Shown: positions 10,725 through 21,374, counted from the first letter of the stretch. The stretch: DNA of 64,000 bases from Methanobacteriota archaeon (GCA_002727275.1 PBWO01000019.1:15260-79259); one strand, 5' to 3'. The notes: generated by a model not told the origin, from the letters alone. Translations and numbers: made by a program.

Positions 10725-13700
10725 TTGCCAGAAATTCAGTACATACAGGATAGTATGGACACCGAGGAACTCCTCGAAAGCCTCTCTCCCCCTGTTAGGA
10801 ACTGGTTCCAGGAAAAATTTCCCGATTTCACAGATCCTCAGAAAATTGCAATACCTAGAATTTTGAATGGAGAACATCTTCTACTTTGTTCTCCAACAGG
10901 TTCAGGTAAGACTCTGACGGCCTTCCTAACGATCATTGATGATTTAGTTAGAAAGTCATTAGACGGAACACTCAGTGACTCAGTTCAATGCATTTACATC
11001 TCTCCAATCAAAGCTCTTGCTAATGATATCCAGAAGAATCTCATTGGCCCTCTCACTGAGATTAAGGAGAGATTTCTACCTAGTAGGGCGAAGGACATTA
11101 AGGTCGGACTGAGAACTGGAGATACTCCTCAAAAGGAAAGAGAGAGGATGCTAAAAAAACCCCCTCACATCCTGATTACCACTCCTGAATCACTGGGGTT
11201 GGCGCTGGCTTCTAAGCGATTCAGACCTCTATTGCAGGAGTTGCGCTGGATCATTATTGACGAGATGCATTCATTGGTCCCCACAAAGAGAGGGACACAC
11301 CTATCTCTATCGATGGCTCTAATGGACACAGTTGTCCCAACTAACGTTCAGAGAATAGGCATTAGTGCCACCATGGAACCCCTAGAGTCTGTTGCCGAAT
11401 ACCTAGTTGCTAGCGATTCTCAAGAAAGTGAATTAGGGACCCAGAGAGTCTCCATAGCGAAGATTTCTGGTTCACGAGAACTCGACATGGATATCATTCT
11501 GCCAACGGCCAGATTCTCTTCGACACCGGTCAAAGAAGTACTCGACCACAATATAGACCGAATCAAGGAACTTGTTGAGGCACATACGACGACTCTTGTC
11601 TTCGTGAATACTAGGAACATGACTGAGACGGTCGTGCAGAGGCTCAAGATTGCTGGTTTGGAAGGAGTTGAGGGGCATCACGGCTCTATGGACAAGGCAA
11701 TCCGACTTGATGTCGAAAATCGACTCAAAAACGGCCTCCTTAGGGCTGTAGTATCCTCTTCCAGTCTTGAGATGGGGATTGACATCGGTTCCGTGGATCT
11801 TGTCATACAGGTTGGGTCTCCGGGCTCAATATCCACAGCACTACAGAGGATAGGAAGAGCAGGTCATCATGTGGGGGGAGTTCCTAGGGCCCGGTTTCTG
11901 CCAACTTCGCCCCATGATTTGTTGGAATTAGTCTCACTGCAGAACGCCATCCTACAGGGATCAATGGACATGTTGAAGTTCCCTGAAAACTGTCTTGACG
12001 TACTCGCGCAGTTTACAATTGGTCTTTCCATAATCAGAGAGTGGGATATCGATGAGGGCTACGAACTTGTGACTTCATCGTGGCCCTATAGATCACTTCC
12101 TTACGACGATTACATTGAGGTTCTAGATTTGCTTGACGAAGAGCGTAGAATTTGGATTGATTGGGAGGAAAATCGGTTTGGGAAGCGTGGTTTCGCCCAG
12201 ATGATTTACTACACCAACATTGGTACAATAGCACCAGACAATAATTACCTAGTATTCACATCAGATGGAACTCTAGTCGGACAGCTGTCATCATCATTTG
12301 TATCTAGTCTCAGGAACGGAGATGTATTCCTTTTGGGAGGTTCAACTTACAGAGTCTCTAGCGTAATCGGAACTAGGGTGAACGTTTCTTCTGCAACCGG
12401 TTATAGGCCAACAATTCCGTCTTGGACGGGTGAGGCCAACAGCAGAACTTTCGAACTCAGTCAGGAGGTACTTTCGCTACTGGGACATGTTTCGATCAGA
12501 CAGCGCTTGGAGGACGACTCTAGGAAGATACTGACCGAAGCAATCGGTTTGAATGCGCCCGTAGCAAGCGCTCTTTCCGAATTCTTTGAAGAGCAGGGTG
12601 CAATGACATTCCAAGTCCCTTCACTTGACAGAATTCTGGTTGAGCAAATCGAAGGGCCACTCCCCACTTACATTGTAACCACGTGCAGAGGCCGTGCGTT
12701 CAATATGGCACTTGGCTATCTATTCGCAGGGATTGCCGCAGAAGATAATGTACTCGTACATGAGATATCATTCGACGAGAATGGATTCATGATCAAACTT
12801 AGTCACGAAGTGGAGATTTCTCGAATTCCACAAGTTTTCCGAGCAGGAGATAGCATTGAGACACTGAAGAGGTATCTCCTAGACTCTCAGTTGTTTGCCA
12901 AGAGATTCCGAGAAGTTTCTTCGAGAAGCATGCTCAATCCTCGTAGAGTGGGTGGCGATGAGGTTAGCCCTAAACAATTCCAACAGAAGGCGGAACGCAT
13001 CATGCAGAAGCATCGGAAGATGGAAGATTCCGTTATTGTGCGTGAAGTAGTAAGTGAAATTCTCCATAACGACTTGGATATGAGGCAATTGGAAGATTTC
13101 ATGTCTAGAATGGACTCAGAGGATGTACGTATTGTACATCGCAGAGTAAAGATGCCATCGCCTTTGGGTATGACCCTGTTCATGTCCTCGTTCGAGGACT
13201 TACTTTCTCTGAGAACTCGCGCCTATCTGATTAAGGATGTAGATCCAGAGATTCTACGTCGATTGCTAGGGGCCAGATCTCTTGCTACGGAGTTGGACGA
13301 AGGCAAACTAGCCGAGTACTATCAGTCCAAAGTCTCAGTACCTACCAATGCAAATGGTCTGCTGAGATTGATGGATATGGGTGGGGGGCTAGAGCCGGGA
13401 TTAACAAATCCGTTATACAACGATAAATTAAGCGGCATTGACCAAGAGGATATCCGTGCTTGGGTTTACGAGTTGGCGGAACGCGGACTAGTTACCAAAA
13501 TCAGAAACACTGGGCACGAGCAAATTGACGGTAAGTGGTTCTCTAGCCGTATGGCTGACGTTCACGGCACCCTAGGCTGTTTAGCTATTGCCGGTGCAGC
13601 AGATATGGATGATCTCCAAGATCTGTATACCGGCGGACTAAACTTCGAAAAGGGTGTAAATTTCACCGAAGGAACGCCCGATAAATGGAAGCAGACTAGC

Positions 13701-16016
13701 CTTTCTGATCCCCTCGACTGTCTGAGACTAAAACTCTTGGACATGCTAGGCTCAGAGGGCCCTCAGACTTCTGACACAATCTGCGCCCGCTTACCATTCC
13801 CTCAATCTCAGGTAGAATCCGTTCTACAAGAATTGGAGATGCGCAATCTCGTTTCTATAGGCTTCTTCAAGCAGACTGAAGAAGGAGAGTATATCCTCAG
13901 GATGGACGAGTATAGGATCACCGGAGGCAGTATTGATGTTGTTGACTACAGAACTCTACAGACACTCCTTCTAAACAAATCATTCACTACTCATGACGAG
14001 CCTGCTGATGCCATCCGCTCATCAATATTGATTCAGAGGAGAGATGAGTTATTCCATAGGGTTAGCAACTACCGATTCAGAGACTGGAAGGACATCAAGC
14101 ACGATTCCGATGTGGTCAATGGAAGACTACTCCATAATAGGGTTGGATATACGCTAAAGAGCATGATACCCATACTTACCGGCCTCCGTAGCGAACCATG
14201 GCTGGGTGATTTAGAGCAAGAGCTACTTGACAAGATTCCCCCCGGGGGAGTCACTAGGGCCGAATTGCTTGCGGACTATCCGAAGGGCAAGGAGCATGCA
14301 CATCTTCAACGGAGCCTCAAGCGTGCAATTGGCAACATAGAGAGGCAGTTGGTGGTCTACAAGCAGTATCAAGAAGTCCCTAACAGGAAACGGTCACTAG
14401 CGATTTTCCACAAGGTGCACGGAGTCATAGATCCTCTGCCTTTTGAAGATGCATTGGTCGAACTGATCAATAGAATCGGTCCAATTAGACTCCATACGCT
14501 GCGATTCTTCGTCAGCCGACCCGTGGAAGAATTAGCCGATACACTCCGATATCTAGAGGATTCCGACAGGATACAAAGAGTCGTCGCACTGCAGCCAGAT
14601 CCGACAGATTACTATGCTTCTCAAGAGGATGCGGAGGCACTAATCTCGCCCCTTCCGGAGGACCGGAAAATGAGAATTCTATCTCAATCGGATCCATTCT
14701 GCAGCCGTTTCATCAATGAGATCCGGCTAATACTCAAGCAGGGCTGGTACCATCCAGTCTTCAAAGGCGTCGATCCTATTGGCAGAATCCTGATGTTCGT
14801 AGTAAATGACTATCTAGAAATCAAGGACATCAATATCCCCCATTCATACTTAGATGAGTTCAAGTACGCATTTTCTCAGTTACTGGAGAATTATAGGGAT
14901 CGTTTAGTAGATGTTTCAGTCCTTCATGCATTCAACGGTGTACCTGTACACGACTGTGATGAAAATATCCAGGGCATACTTAGCGAACTTGGATTTTCAT
15001 CTATGGGCGATGGAGAGCGTTACATTAGAGGAGGAGTTGTTGAACCTCGCTCCAGAAAGGAGGTCTACAGGATGCTCTTCAATCAGCACAGGATGCATCA
15101 AGATAGCAGGTTCGAGAACGAAACCATGGCTCTTGAGCATTTGAGAGAGGTCAGAGACGACTTTGCTCTACGTGGTCGCTGCGAGATGTTCAGAGTCGAT
15201 TTGCACTCCATGGCAGCAGCTCATCAATTGCATCAGGGAACGAGTTTGAGAGGACATCAGGTCTGGGCCAAGTTTGCTCACTTTCAACGCTTACTAACCA
15301 TCCGAAATGTGGTAGCTTCTGAGGAAGACGAAGATATCTTACAGTTCTTCAGCGAGCATAACGACCCTACGGTCTACATGGATAGGCATGCAATGAAGAG
15401 ATCAGAATTCAGAAAATTGATTTCTCCGCTGGTAAGAAGCGGCCATCTAGTTCAGGACTACAGAGGCGGATTCAAGACCGTGACACCACTCCCAGAAGCC
15501 GACTTATGGGAGGTCAAAAGAGACTATCTCAAAGAGTTGGTGAGTCAATATCCTGTAGTTTCACTAAAACAGGTCGAGAGGCTTGCAGGCTCTCCATTTT
15601 CTGCTGAAGAGATTAGCGATGTGATGCATGAATTCGAAGAGGATGGTACACTGATTAAAGGATTCTTAGTGGATGATCTCCAAGACATCTGTTGGGGCAG
15701 ACAAGAAATACTCGAAGTCTCTTCTTCGCTACGCAAGACCAGAGATCTGGTCGTCCCCCCATCCGATAACCTGATTCACTACTTTGGCGGTATTCTGAGG
15801 GAAAGATTTGCGTTTGGTTCGGCCTACATGGTTTTCCACAATGAAGAGCCCATTGCAGCTTTCAAGGCCAATACTAGGGATGGCACAATTGAAATCACTG
15901 ATTTCGTCGGCGATTCAGACTTAGAGAAGGAAGCTCTCAGGGTAATGAAAGAATTCGCTTGGGAGCATGATACTAGGCTGACTGGTAAGTTATACGAGAA
16001 ATTGCGTACTCGGTAG
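10725..16016 (+). CDS. lhr: Large Lhr-family SF2 helicase with extended winged-helix/AlkZ-like C-terminus (1763 aa)
   Basis: PTGSGKT, TTPESL, DEMH, SAT, HHGS, SLEMGIDIG, QRIGRAGH, IPSW motifs; about 900 aa C-terminal extension; TTG start after GGTGA. Confidence 0.92.
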   Translation: MPEIQYIQDSMDTEELLESLSPPVRNWFQEKFPDFTDPQKIAIPRILNGEHLLLCSPTGSGKTLTAFLTIIDDLVRKSLDGTLSDSVQCIYISPIKALANDIQKNLIGPLTEIKERFLPSRAKDIKVGLRTGDTPQKERERMLKKPPHILITTPESLGLALASKRFRPLLQELRWIIIDEMHSLVPTKRGTHLSLSMALMDTVVPTNVQRIGISATMEPLESVAEYLVASDSQESELGTQRVSIAKISGSRELDMDIILPTARFSSTPVKEVLDHNIDRIKELVEAHTTTLVFVNTRNMTETVVQRLKIAGLEGVEGHHGSMDKAIRLDVENRLKNGLLRAVVSSSSLEMGIDIGSVDLVIQVGSPGSISTALQRIGRAGHHVGGVPRARFLPTSPHDLLELVSLQNAILQGSMDMLKFPENCLDVLAQFTIGLSIIREWDIDEGYELVTSSWPYRSLPYDDYIEVLDLLDEERRIWIDWEENRFGKRGFAQMIYYTNIGTIAPDNNYLVFTSDGTLVGQLSSSFVSSLRNGDVFLLGGSTYRVSSVIGTRVNVSSATGYRPTIPSWTGEANSRTFELSQEVLSLLGHVSIRQRLEDDSRKILTEAIGLNAPVASALSEFFEEQGAMTFQVPSLDRILVEQIEGPLPTYIVTTCRGRAFNMALGYLFAGIAAEDNVLVHEISFDENGFMIKLSHEVEISRIPQVFRAGDSIETLKRYLLDSQLFAKRFREVSSRSMLNPRRVGGDEVSPKQFQQKAERIMQKHRKMEDSVIVREVVSEILHNDLDMRQLEDFMSRMDSEDVRIVHRRVKMPSPLGMTLFMSSFEDLLSLRTRAYLIKDVDPEILRRLLGARSLATELDEGKLAEYYQSKVSVPTNANGLLRLMDMGGGLEPGLTNPLYNDKLSGIDQEDIRAWVYELAERGLVTKIRNTGHEQIDGKWFSSRMADVHGTLGCLAIAGAADMDDLQDLYTGGLNFEKGVNFTEGTPDKWKQTSLSDPLDCLRLKLLDMLGSEGPQTSDTICARLPFPQSQVESVLQELEMRNLVSIGFFKQTEEGEYILRMDEYRITGGSIDVVDYRTLQTLLLNKSFTTHDEPADAIRSSILIQRRDELFHRVSNYRFRDWKDIKHDSDVVNGRLLHNRVGYTLKSMIPILTGLRSEPWLGDLEQELLDKIPPGGVTRAELLADYPKGKEHAHLQRSLKRAIGNIERQLVVYKQYQEVPNRKRSLAIFHKVHGVIDPLPFEDALVELINRIGPIRLHTLRFFVSRPVEELADTLRYLEDSDRIQRVVALQPDPTDYYASQEDAEALISPLPEDRKMRILSQSDPFCSRFINEIRLILKQGWYHPVFKGVDPIGRILMFVVNDYLEIKDINIPHSYLDEFKYAFSQLLENYRDRLVDVSVLHAFNGVPVHDCDENIQGILSELGFSSMGDGERYIRGGVVEPRSRKEVYRMLFNQHRMHQDSRFENETMALEHLREVRDDFALRGRCEMFRVDLHSMAAAHQLHQGTSLRGHQVWAKFAHFQRLLTIRNVVASEEDEDILQFFSEHNDPTVYMDRHAMKRSEFRKLISPLVRSGHLVQDYRGGFKTVTPLPEADLWEVKRDYLKELVSQYPVVSLKQVERLAGSPFSAEEISDVMHEFEEDGTLIKGFLVDDLQDICWGRQEILEVSSSLRKTRDLVVPPSDNLIHYFGGILRERFAFGSAYMVFHNEEPIAAFKANTRDGTIEITDFVGDSDLEKEALRVMKEFAWEHDTRLTGKLYEKLRTR

Positions 16017-16985
16017 TCATCCACTAGATTTGCTAGGCACCAATCCCTTTGGTAATAGTCGCATGATATGCCTATGCAACTCTGGCAACAGGTCAAACAG
16101 AGCCAGAGCCATCAGGAACATTGCGAACAGACTGGCTGCCTTGGCAGCATAACTGTGAGCGAAATCAAACATCTCGATACCCATGAATTTCCAATCGGGA
16201 TATGAGTCTGTGAGCCATACTATGCCTGCATTGCGAAATGTGTTCAGAACATGTATTGTCGGGACAGCGATCAGTAGCGCTCTCGCCTTACGATTCCAAT
16301 CGACGCTTTGCAAGGCCACTATTGCCCCAACGAAGACTATCATTGATTGTAAACCAGAGCAAGCCAGAATGAAACTCACACTTACTAGAGTTCCATCGGA
16401 ATGCTCCAGTGGAACGAAGAATCCATTATCACCGAGAGGCTCAGTCAGAATCCATCTATTACCATCCCATTCTGACAAAGGAATTTCCCCTCCTCCATGC
16501 AAATCTACCATCATTGGCCCCATCTGGTAACTACCTAGCCCTGCGAATTCCAACATTACTTCGGTATTCCATGCAGTTGCGTATACTAATGCCATGTTCA
16601 GGTTGGGGACACTGTACGCAACAAAGTAAGGAATTACAGCCCAAACAACACAGCCACGGAACCAAACTAAAGACTCAGGAACATTGTCCCAATTCTTAAT
16701 CTCCCAAACTCCCAAAGAAATTCCTAAAGGCAATGCAGCAGCAGTCATTAAGACCAGAACAGGATCTTGAATTTCGACATAGTAAGATGAGTGTAAATAT
16801 AGGAACAAGCCAATTGCAATCCATCCAAACGCAGAGAAGTACGGTGCATGATACAATTTTTGACGATGAAAGCCCACTGCCAGCGACAGTGCACCTAATC
16901 CGCAAATCAGCAGCTTGAGGGCCGAATCCGTAACTCCTAGAGACTCAGCCAGATGTTTGACCAACAACCCTATTGGCTCCTCCAT
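16017..16985 (-). CDS. artA: Archaeosortase (exosortase family transpeptidase)
   Basis: Multi-TM; Cys in ILACSGLQS, Arg in LNTFRNAGI, His in FAHSY; likely ATG 16985. Confidence 0.85.
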   Translation of the reverse strand: MEEPIGLLVKHLAESLGVTDSALKLLICGLGALSLAVGFHRQKLYHAPYFSAFGWIAIGLFLYLHSSYYVEIQDPVLVLMTAAALPLGISLGVWEIKNWDNVPESLVWFRGCVVWAVIPYFVAYSVPNLNMALVYATAWNTEVMLEFAGLGSYQMGPMMVDLHGGGEIPLSEWDGNRWILTEPLGDNGFFVPLEHSDGTLVSVSFILACSGLQSMIVFVGAIVALQSVDWNRKARALLIAVPTIHVLNTFRNAGIVWLTDSYPDWKFMGIEMFDFAHSYAAKAASLFAMFLMALALFDLLPELHRHIMRLLPKGLVPSKSSG

Positions 16986-17046
16986 GACCTGTTTCGAGTC
17001 ATTAACCCGTAAATATGATGCCCTCCCCGGGGCACTTGTGGGCGAT

Positions 17047-17616
17047 ATGGGGTTTGACTTCGAAGAGTTCGCAGATTCATACATCTCGGAACTCAAAATG
17101 GCTCTCGATTCACTACCTCGAGGCCCCCTAGAACAATTCTGGCAGATGGTAAAACAAGCTCAGGAATCGAACTCATGCATCCATTTCATCGGTAATGGAG
17201 GAAGCGCGGCAACTCCATCACATAGTGCAGGAGATTGGTCTAAAGAACTCTCAATCAAGACAATCTCCCACACGGATAACGTCGCATCAATGACTGCATG
17301 GGCTAATGACACGGATTACAGCAATGTATTCGTTGGCCAACTCTCAACTTTCCTTTCCAAAGGAGACTTGGTGGTCGCATACAGCGGCTCAGGAACATCA
17401 TCCAATGTCGTCAACGGACTTGAATTCGCTAGCCAGAACGGCTGTGCAACTGTAGCCGTGACAGGTAACATCGATGGCTCGCAGGGAGGCAAAATCGCTG
17501 AAATTGCCGATGTGGCAATCGTCGCCCCTACTGGGTCGATGGAAAGAATCGAAGACATTCAGTTAGTCATCAACCACATCGTGAAGGAGGCCATCAAGGC
17601 TCACAAAGGGTTGTGA
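17047..17616 (+). CDS. gmhA: SIS-domain phosphoheptose isomerase
   Basis: GNGGSAATPSH, TAWAND, SGSGTSSNV, IEDIQL; likely ATG 17047. Confidence 0.85.
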   Translation: MGFDFEEFADSYISELKMALDSLPRGPLEQFWQMVKQAQESNSCIHFIGNGGSAATPSHSAGDWSKELSIKTISHTDNVASMTAWANDTDYSNVFVGQLSTFLSKGDLVVAYSGSGTSSNVVNGLEFASQNGCATVAVTGNIDGSQGGKIAEIADVAIVAPTGSMERIEDIQLVINHIVKEAIKAHKGL

Positions 17617-17677
17617 TAGCCTGCTAGCCCCTTGTAGAGATGAGGTAGAACTCAAAGCGCCTCTTTTCCTGCCAAAC

Positions 17678-18250
17678 ATGCCTGAAGGGGTTTCATGGAA
17701 CGGAAGCATAGCTTTTCTGGATCGAGACGGAGTCATCAATATCGGCTCTGAGAATTACATCAACAACCCCGATGAAGTCGAACTATTGCCTAATTCGCCT
17801 AAATCAATTGGAACCATCAGAAGAATGGGTTACCGTGTATGCGTAGTAACAAATCAATCGCCTATCGGCAGAGGTCTTTGGACCAGTAAGAATCTAGCGG
17901 AAATCCACGAGCGGCTGCAGCAGATGGTATTGGAAGAGGACTCAGATGCACATTTCGATCTCGTCTTGCATAGTCCCTACGCACCATGGGAAGGGGCCTG
18001 GGCACGCAAACCATTCCCTGGAATGCTGGAGGCAGGGAGACAATTAATCGACAAAGCGTCAATAGATCCTAATCTTCCCGATTTCGAATTGCTCTATGGT
18101 GATGATTGGCTAGATAGGCCCGATGACTCAAACTCCTTCATGGTAGGCGACAGACAAGTGGACATAATCGCTGCAAGCAGATATGGAATTAAGAGCTATC
18201 AGTGCAAACCTGAGGAGGGAATCAGTGGTGTTTTGGAGGAGATACTCTGA
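17678..18250 (+). CDS. gmhB: HAD-IIIA phosphatase, GmhB/HisB-like
   Basis: FLDRDGVIN, VTNQS, RKPFPGML, MVGDR..D; follows gmhA. Confidence 0.82.
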   Translation: MPEGVSWNGSIAFLDRDGVINIGSENYINNPDEVELLPNSPKSIGTIRRMGYRVCVVTNQSPIGRGLWTSKNLAEIHERLQQMVLEEDSDAHFDLVLHSPYAPWEGAWARKPFPGMLEAGRQLIDKASIDPNLPDFELLYGDDWLDRPDDSNSFMVGDRQVDIIAASRYGIKSYQCKPEEGISGVLEEIL

Positions 18251-19503
18251 TGTCGCGAGACACGGTTGTAATTGGCCTAGATGACACCGACCATCCTACC
18301 GCCGGTTGCACTACAGATTGCTTCGATGATCTGTTGAATCACTTGTCTAATGGCAAGCATGGATTCACAGTAGTCAGTAGAAGATTGGTTCGACTGTGGC
18401 CATTCGCACCGAGAAGGACTAGAGGCAACGGCGCACTGTCGGCTGTAATCGAATTAGATTCGGGTACCCAACAAATTCTGAGAGAGGAGTGTGGCAGGTG
18501 GTTCGATGAGTTGCTGGAAAAATCCGAACCATTCGATTCCGAATCAACTCCTTCTTCTCCGGTTTTGATTATCTGCGATTCAGACCCTCCTCTAAACTGG
18601 TATACTGAGGCAGTAATGAGTTACGTTGAGTTGAATTCACGAATACACGAGATTGAGGAATTGGGAATTACCATGTATTCCGGTGAGAGGAAGTGGGGAG
18701 CCATCGGAGCCAGTGCAGCTGTGGCATGGTCTCCTGTTAGAGACTCGACATGGGAATTGATCGCGTGGAGGGATGACGAAAATATCGGTACTGAGCGTGT
18801 GATCACATCGCAAGCTGTAAAAGAAATGGAAGAATTACATCCACGCACATTCGTGAATCGAGATCCAACGAAAGGAAAAGGCCTGATTGCACCTAGGACG
18901 CCCTGCCCCGTACTCTATGGAATTCGTGGCGACTCCTCTGAATCGGTAGAGCAAGCACACTTCTGGCTACAGTTGCGAAGTGATGTGGAGAATTCGATGA
19001 GGTATGCCATCCATGTAACAAATCAACTCTCCGATGATCATGTCAACGGCTCCTCTTCAGGGACTGTGTTGACTCATCCCGAACACACCAAGGGGGCCCA
19101 TTCCAACGTCACTGTTTCTGTACGTGGTATTGCGACTAAACTGGTGGCATTCAGTGAAGGCGGTCCCGTCAACAGGTTACTGAGAACTCTGCATCCTGGG
19201 GACAGGATTTCTTGGGTTGGACTTACAGCTCCAGATGACTCGATCCATTTGGAGAGACTTTCACTTCAAGACTCAGTACCAAGAATTACATCACGCCCCT
19301 TGTGCTGCGGCAAGACGATGCGCAGTTCCGGCTCAGGATTGCCCATCAGATGCCTAGAATGCGGAAACACGTCCCAGAGATTTTGGCTTAGTCAGAATCA
19401 TGACCCAGATTCGTTTGGCTCTATCGAAGATTGGGTAGAACCCACTCCCTCAAACAGACGCCATCTGGCTAGGCCACTGAAAATGGGAATTCCAAGAGAT
19501 TGA
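18250..19503 (+). CDS. tiaS: tRNA(Ile2) agmatinylcytidine synthase
   Basis: GLDDTD, GCTT, RTRGNGA, PCPVLYGIRG, TNQ motifs; OB fold and C-terminal Zn ribbon. Confidence 0.9.
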   Translation: MSRDTVVIGLDDTDHPTAGCTTDCFDDLLNHLSNGKHGFTVVSRRLVRLWPFAPRRTRGNGALSAVIELDSGTQQILREECGRWFDELLEKSEPFDSESTPSSPVLIICDSDPPLNWYTEAVMSYVELNSRIHEIEELGITMYSGERKWGAIGASAAVAWSPVRDSTWELIAWRDDENIGTERVITSQAVKEMEELHPRTFVNRDPTKGKGLIAPRTPCPVLYGIRGDSSESVEQAHFWLQLRSDVENSMRYAIHVTNQLSDDHVNGSSSGTVLTHPEHTKGAHSNVTVSVRGIATKLVAFSEGGPVNRLLRTLHPGDRISWVGLTAPDDSIHLERLSLQDSVPRITSRPLCCGKTMRSSGSGLPIRCLECGNTSQRFWLSQNHDPDSFGSIEDWVEPTPSNRRHLARPLKMGIPRD

Positions 19504-19507
19504 TCCA

Positions 19508-19723
19508 ATGAATTACACCGATTTGGTCACAATAGTACTTTCATTCACAGCACTTCTTCTCATCCGTCAGATTCTGTTAGCACCGCGGAGAACCAATGAG
19601 GGTTCGGAAGAGGATGAATACACTGGCAGAGCCCTAGACCCAGAGTCTCTATCGAGAGTGGATGAGCAATCGATGCGTGATTTCAATAGATTGCTCGGGG
19701 ATAGTTTCCCCGAAGAAGAATAG
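19508..19723 (+). CDS. Small N-anchored membrane protein (71 aa)
   Basis: N-terminal TM helix followed by an acidic domain; 4 nt after tiaS. Confidence 0.6.
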   Translation: MNYTDLVTIVLSFTALLLIRQILLAPRRTNEGSEEDEYTGRALDPESLSRVDEQSMRDFNRLLGDSFPEEE

Positions 19724-19776
19724 TTTCTATTTACTTCAATCGAGAATGCTATACAATGAGACCACTTCGCAGTAGC

Positions 19777-19986
19777 ATGGCCTCTAAGGAGAGAATTCCT
19801 AGAAGACCTCCGCCAGACTTTGAGGAATCTGAGGCAGGTCTGATGGGCGCGATATCCGAAGACGGTTTCCTCAATGTCGCATTGAACGACTCAAACCAAT
19901 ATGGCCCCCATTCGATGATTATGCTTCTCGGTATATTCGCTTCAATCACAGGAATCGTTTTGCTGCTGTTGATGGCTCTGACTTAA
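19777..19986 (+). CDS. Small C-anchored membrane protein (69 aa)
   Basis: C-terminal TM helix; fills the gap before convergent purB. Confidence 0.6.
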   Translation: MASKERIPRRPPPDFEESEAGLMGAISEDGFLNVALNDSNQYGPHSMIMLLGIFASITGIVLLLLMALT

Positions 19987-21332
19987 CCAATCATAGAACT
20001 GGCTCTAGCAACAGCTTCGTCCACGATTCTACCACTGTGGCCTATATGTCCATCAGGAATGAATAATTCTGCCAATTCAGTCTCATTGAATACTGAAGAA
20101 ACAGTTTCATGATCTGAGCAAGCAGCATGCAAACCATTGCCATCTGAGATTGCCTGCATGGATGCTGAACGCAGAATCTCATGGGCATCTTCTCTGGAAA
20201 CACCCTTGTCCACTAGGGCCAGCATGACTTTTTCAGCCATGACCATGCCATTTTGAGATTCAATATTCTCGCGCATTCTCTCGGCATCTACAGACAGATT
20301 GCGCATGACTCGATCGGTTTTCATCATGATATCATCGAGCAAAACCATGGAATGCGAGAGCGTGAACCGCTCTGCAGATGAGTTCGCTAGGTCTCTCTCA
20401 TGCCACAGTAGGGCATTTTCATATGACGGGACAATCATTGAGCGCACGATTCTAGCTAATCCACATGCGTTCTCTGCAGTTATCGGATTGCGCTTATGAG
20501 CCATAGTGGAAGATCCAACCTGCTTCTTGCTGTCGAACGCTTCTGCAACTTCAGCAATTTCACTCCTCTGTAGATTTCGAACCTCTTGCAATATCTTCTC
20601 GACGGTTGTGGCAACATTCGCCATCCAGCCGACCCACTCGATGTAACGATCTCTTCCGACGACTTGAGTGGTCGCAACAGGAGTGCCAAGCCCCAGTTCT
20701 TGCATTATCAAACTCTGTAACTCAAAAGCATTCTCGCCTTGAGCCGCCCCTGTACCAACAGCCCCCATGAACTTGCCAGTAGTGGCACGGGCTTCTAGTT
20801 CTGACAACCTCTCATAATGGCGAGCGAACTCGTCTACCCAAACAGCGACTTTCAGGCCGAAAGTAATCGGCACTGCAGCCTGTCCGTGAGTGCGCCCCAG
20901 CATTACAGTGTCACGCTCTCTCTTCGCAATTTCACATAGTGTGGAAATCAATCGATTCAGGACCTCTCTTTGCAATATTATACTGTCTTTGATTTGCAGT
21001 GCAACTGCGGAATCGACTATATCGTTACTCGTCGCACCCAGATGTATGCACCATCCGGCTTCTCCGGCAACCTCTGTCATTGCTTTGGTCAGTGCCATGA
21101 TATCGTGCTTTGTCTCAGCCTCAATCTCATCTACCCTGTCTGCTGTGACTATGCCCGGATCGGAAATATCAGCAATTATATCGTAATCCTCAACACTAAC
21201 TCTGCCAAGTTGGCAATGAGCCCAAACAAGGGCCCTTTCGACTTCCAATTGGCGGCTGTGCCGACCCTCTCTGGACCAGATGTGTTTTGCCTCGTCGCGT
21301 CCGTATCTGTAGTCAAGAGGCGATATTGTCAC
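19983..21332 (-). CDS. purB: Adenylosuccinate lyase
   Basis: SPLDYRYG, HLGATSNDI, GRTHGQ, GSSTMAHKRNP, HERDLANS. Confidence 0.96.
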   Translation of the reverse strand: MTISPLDYRYGRDEAKHIWSREGRHSRQLEVERALVWAHCQLGRVSVEDYDIIADISDPGIVTADRVDEIEAETKHDIMALTKAMTEVAGEAGWCIHLGATSNDIVDSAVALQIKDSIILQREVLNRLISTLCEIAKRERDTVMLGRTHGQAAVPITFGLKVAVWVDEFARHYERLSELEARATTGKFMGAVGTGAAQGENAFELQSLIMQELGLGTPVATTQVVGRDRYIEWVGWMANVATTVEKILQEVRNLQRSEIAEVAEAFDSKKQVGSSTMAHKRNPITAENACGLARIVRSMIVPSYENALLWHERDLANSSAERFTLSHSMVLLDDIMMKTDRVMRNLSVDAERMRENIESQNGMVMAEKVMLALVDKGVSREDAHEILRSASMQAISDGNGLHAACSDHETVSSVFNETELAELFIPDGHIGHSGRIVDEAVARASSMIG

Positions 21333-21374
21333 GGCCTTCCCCGTGGTTTGCGGACCCTAGACCCCTGTTTGAGT

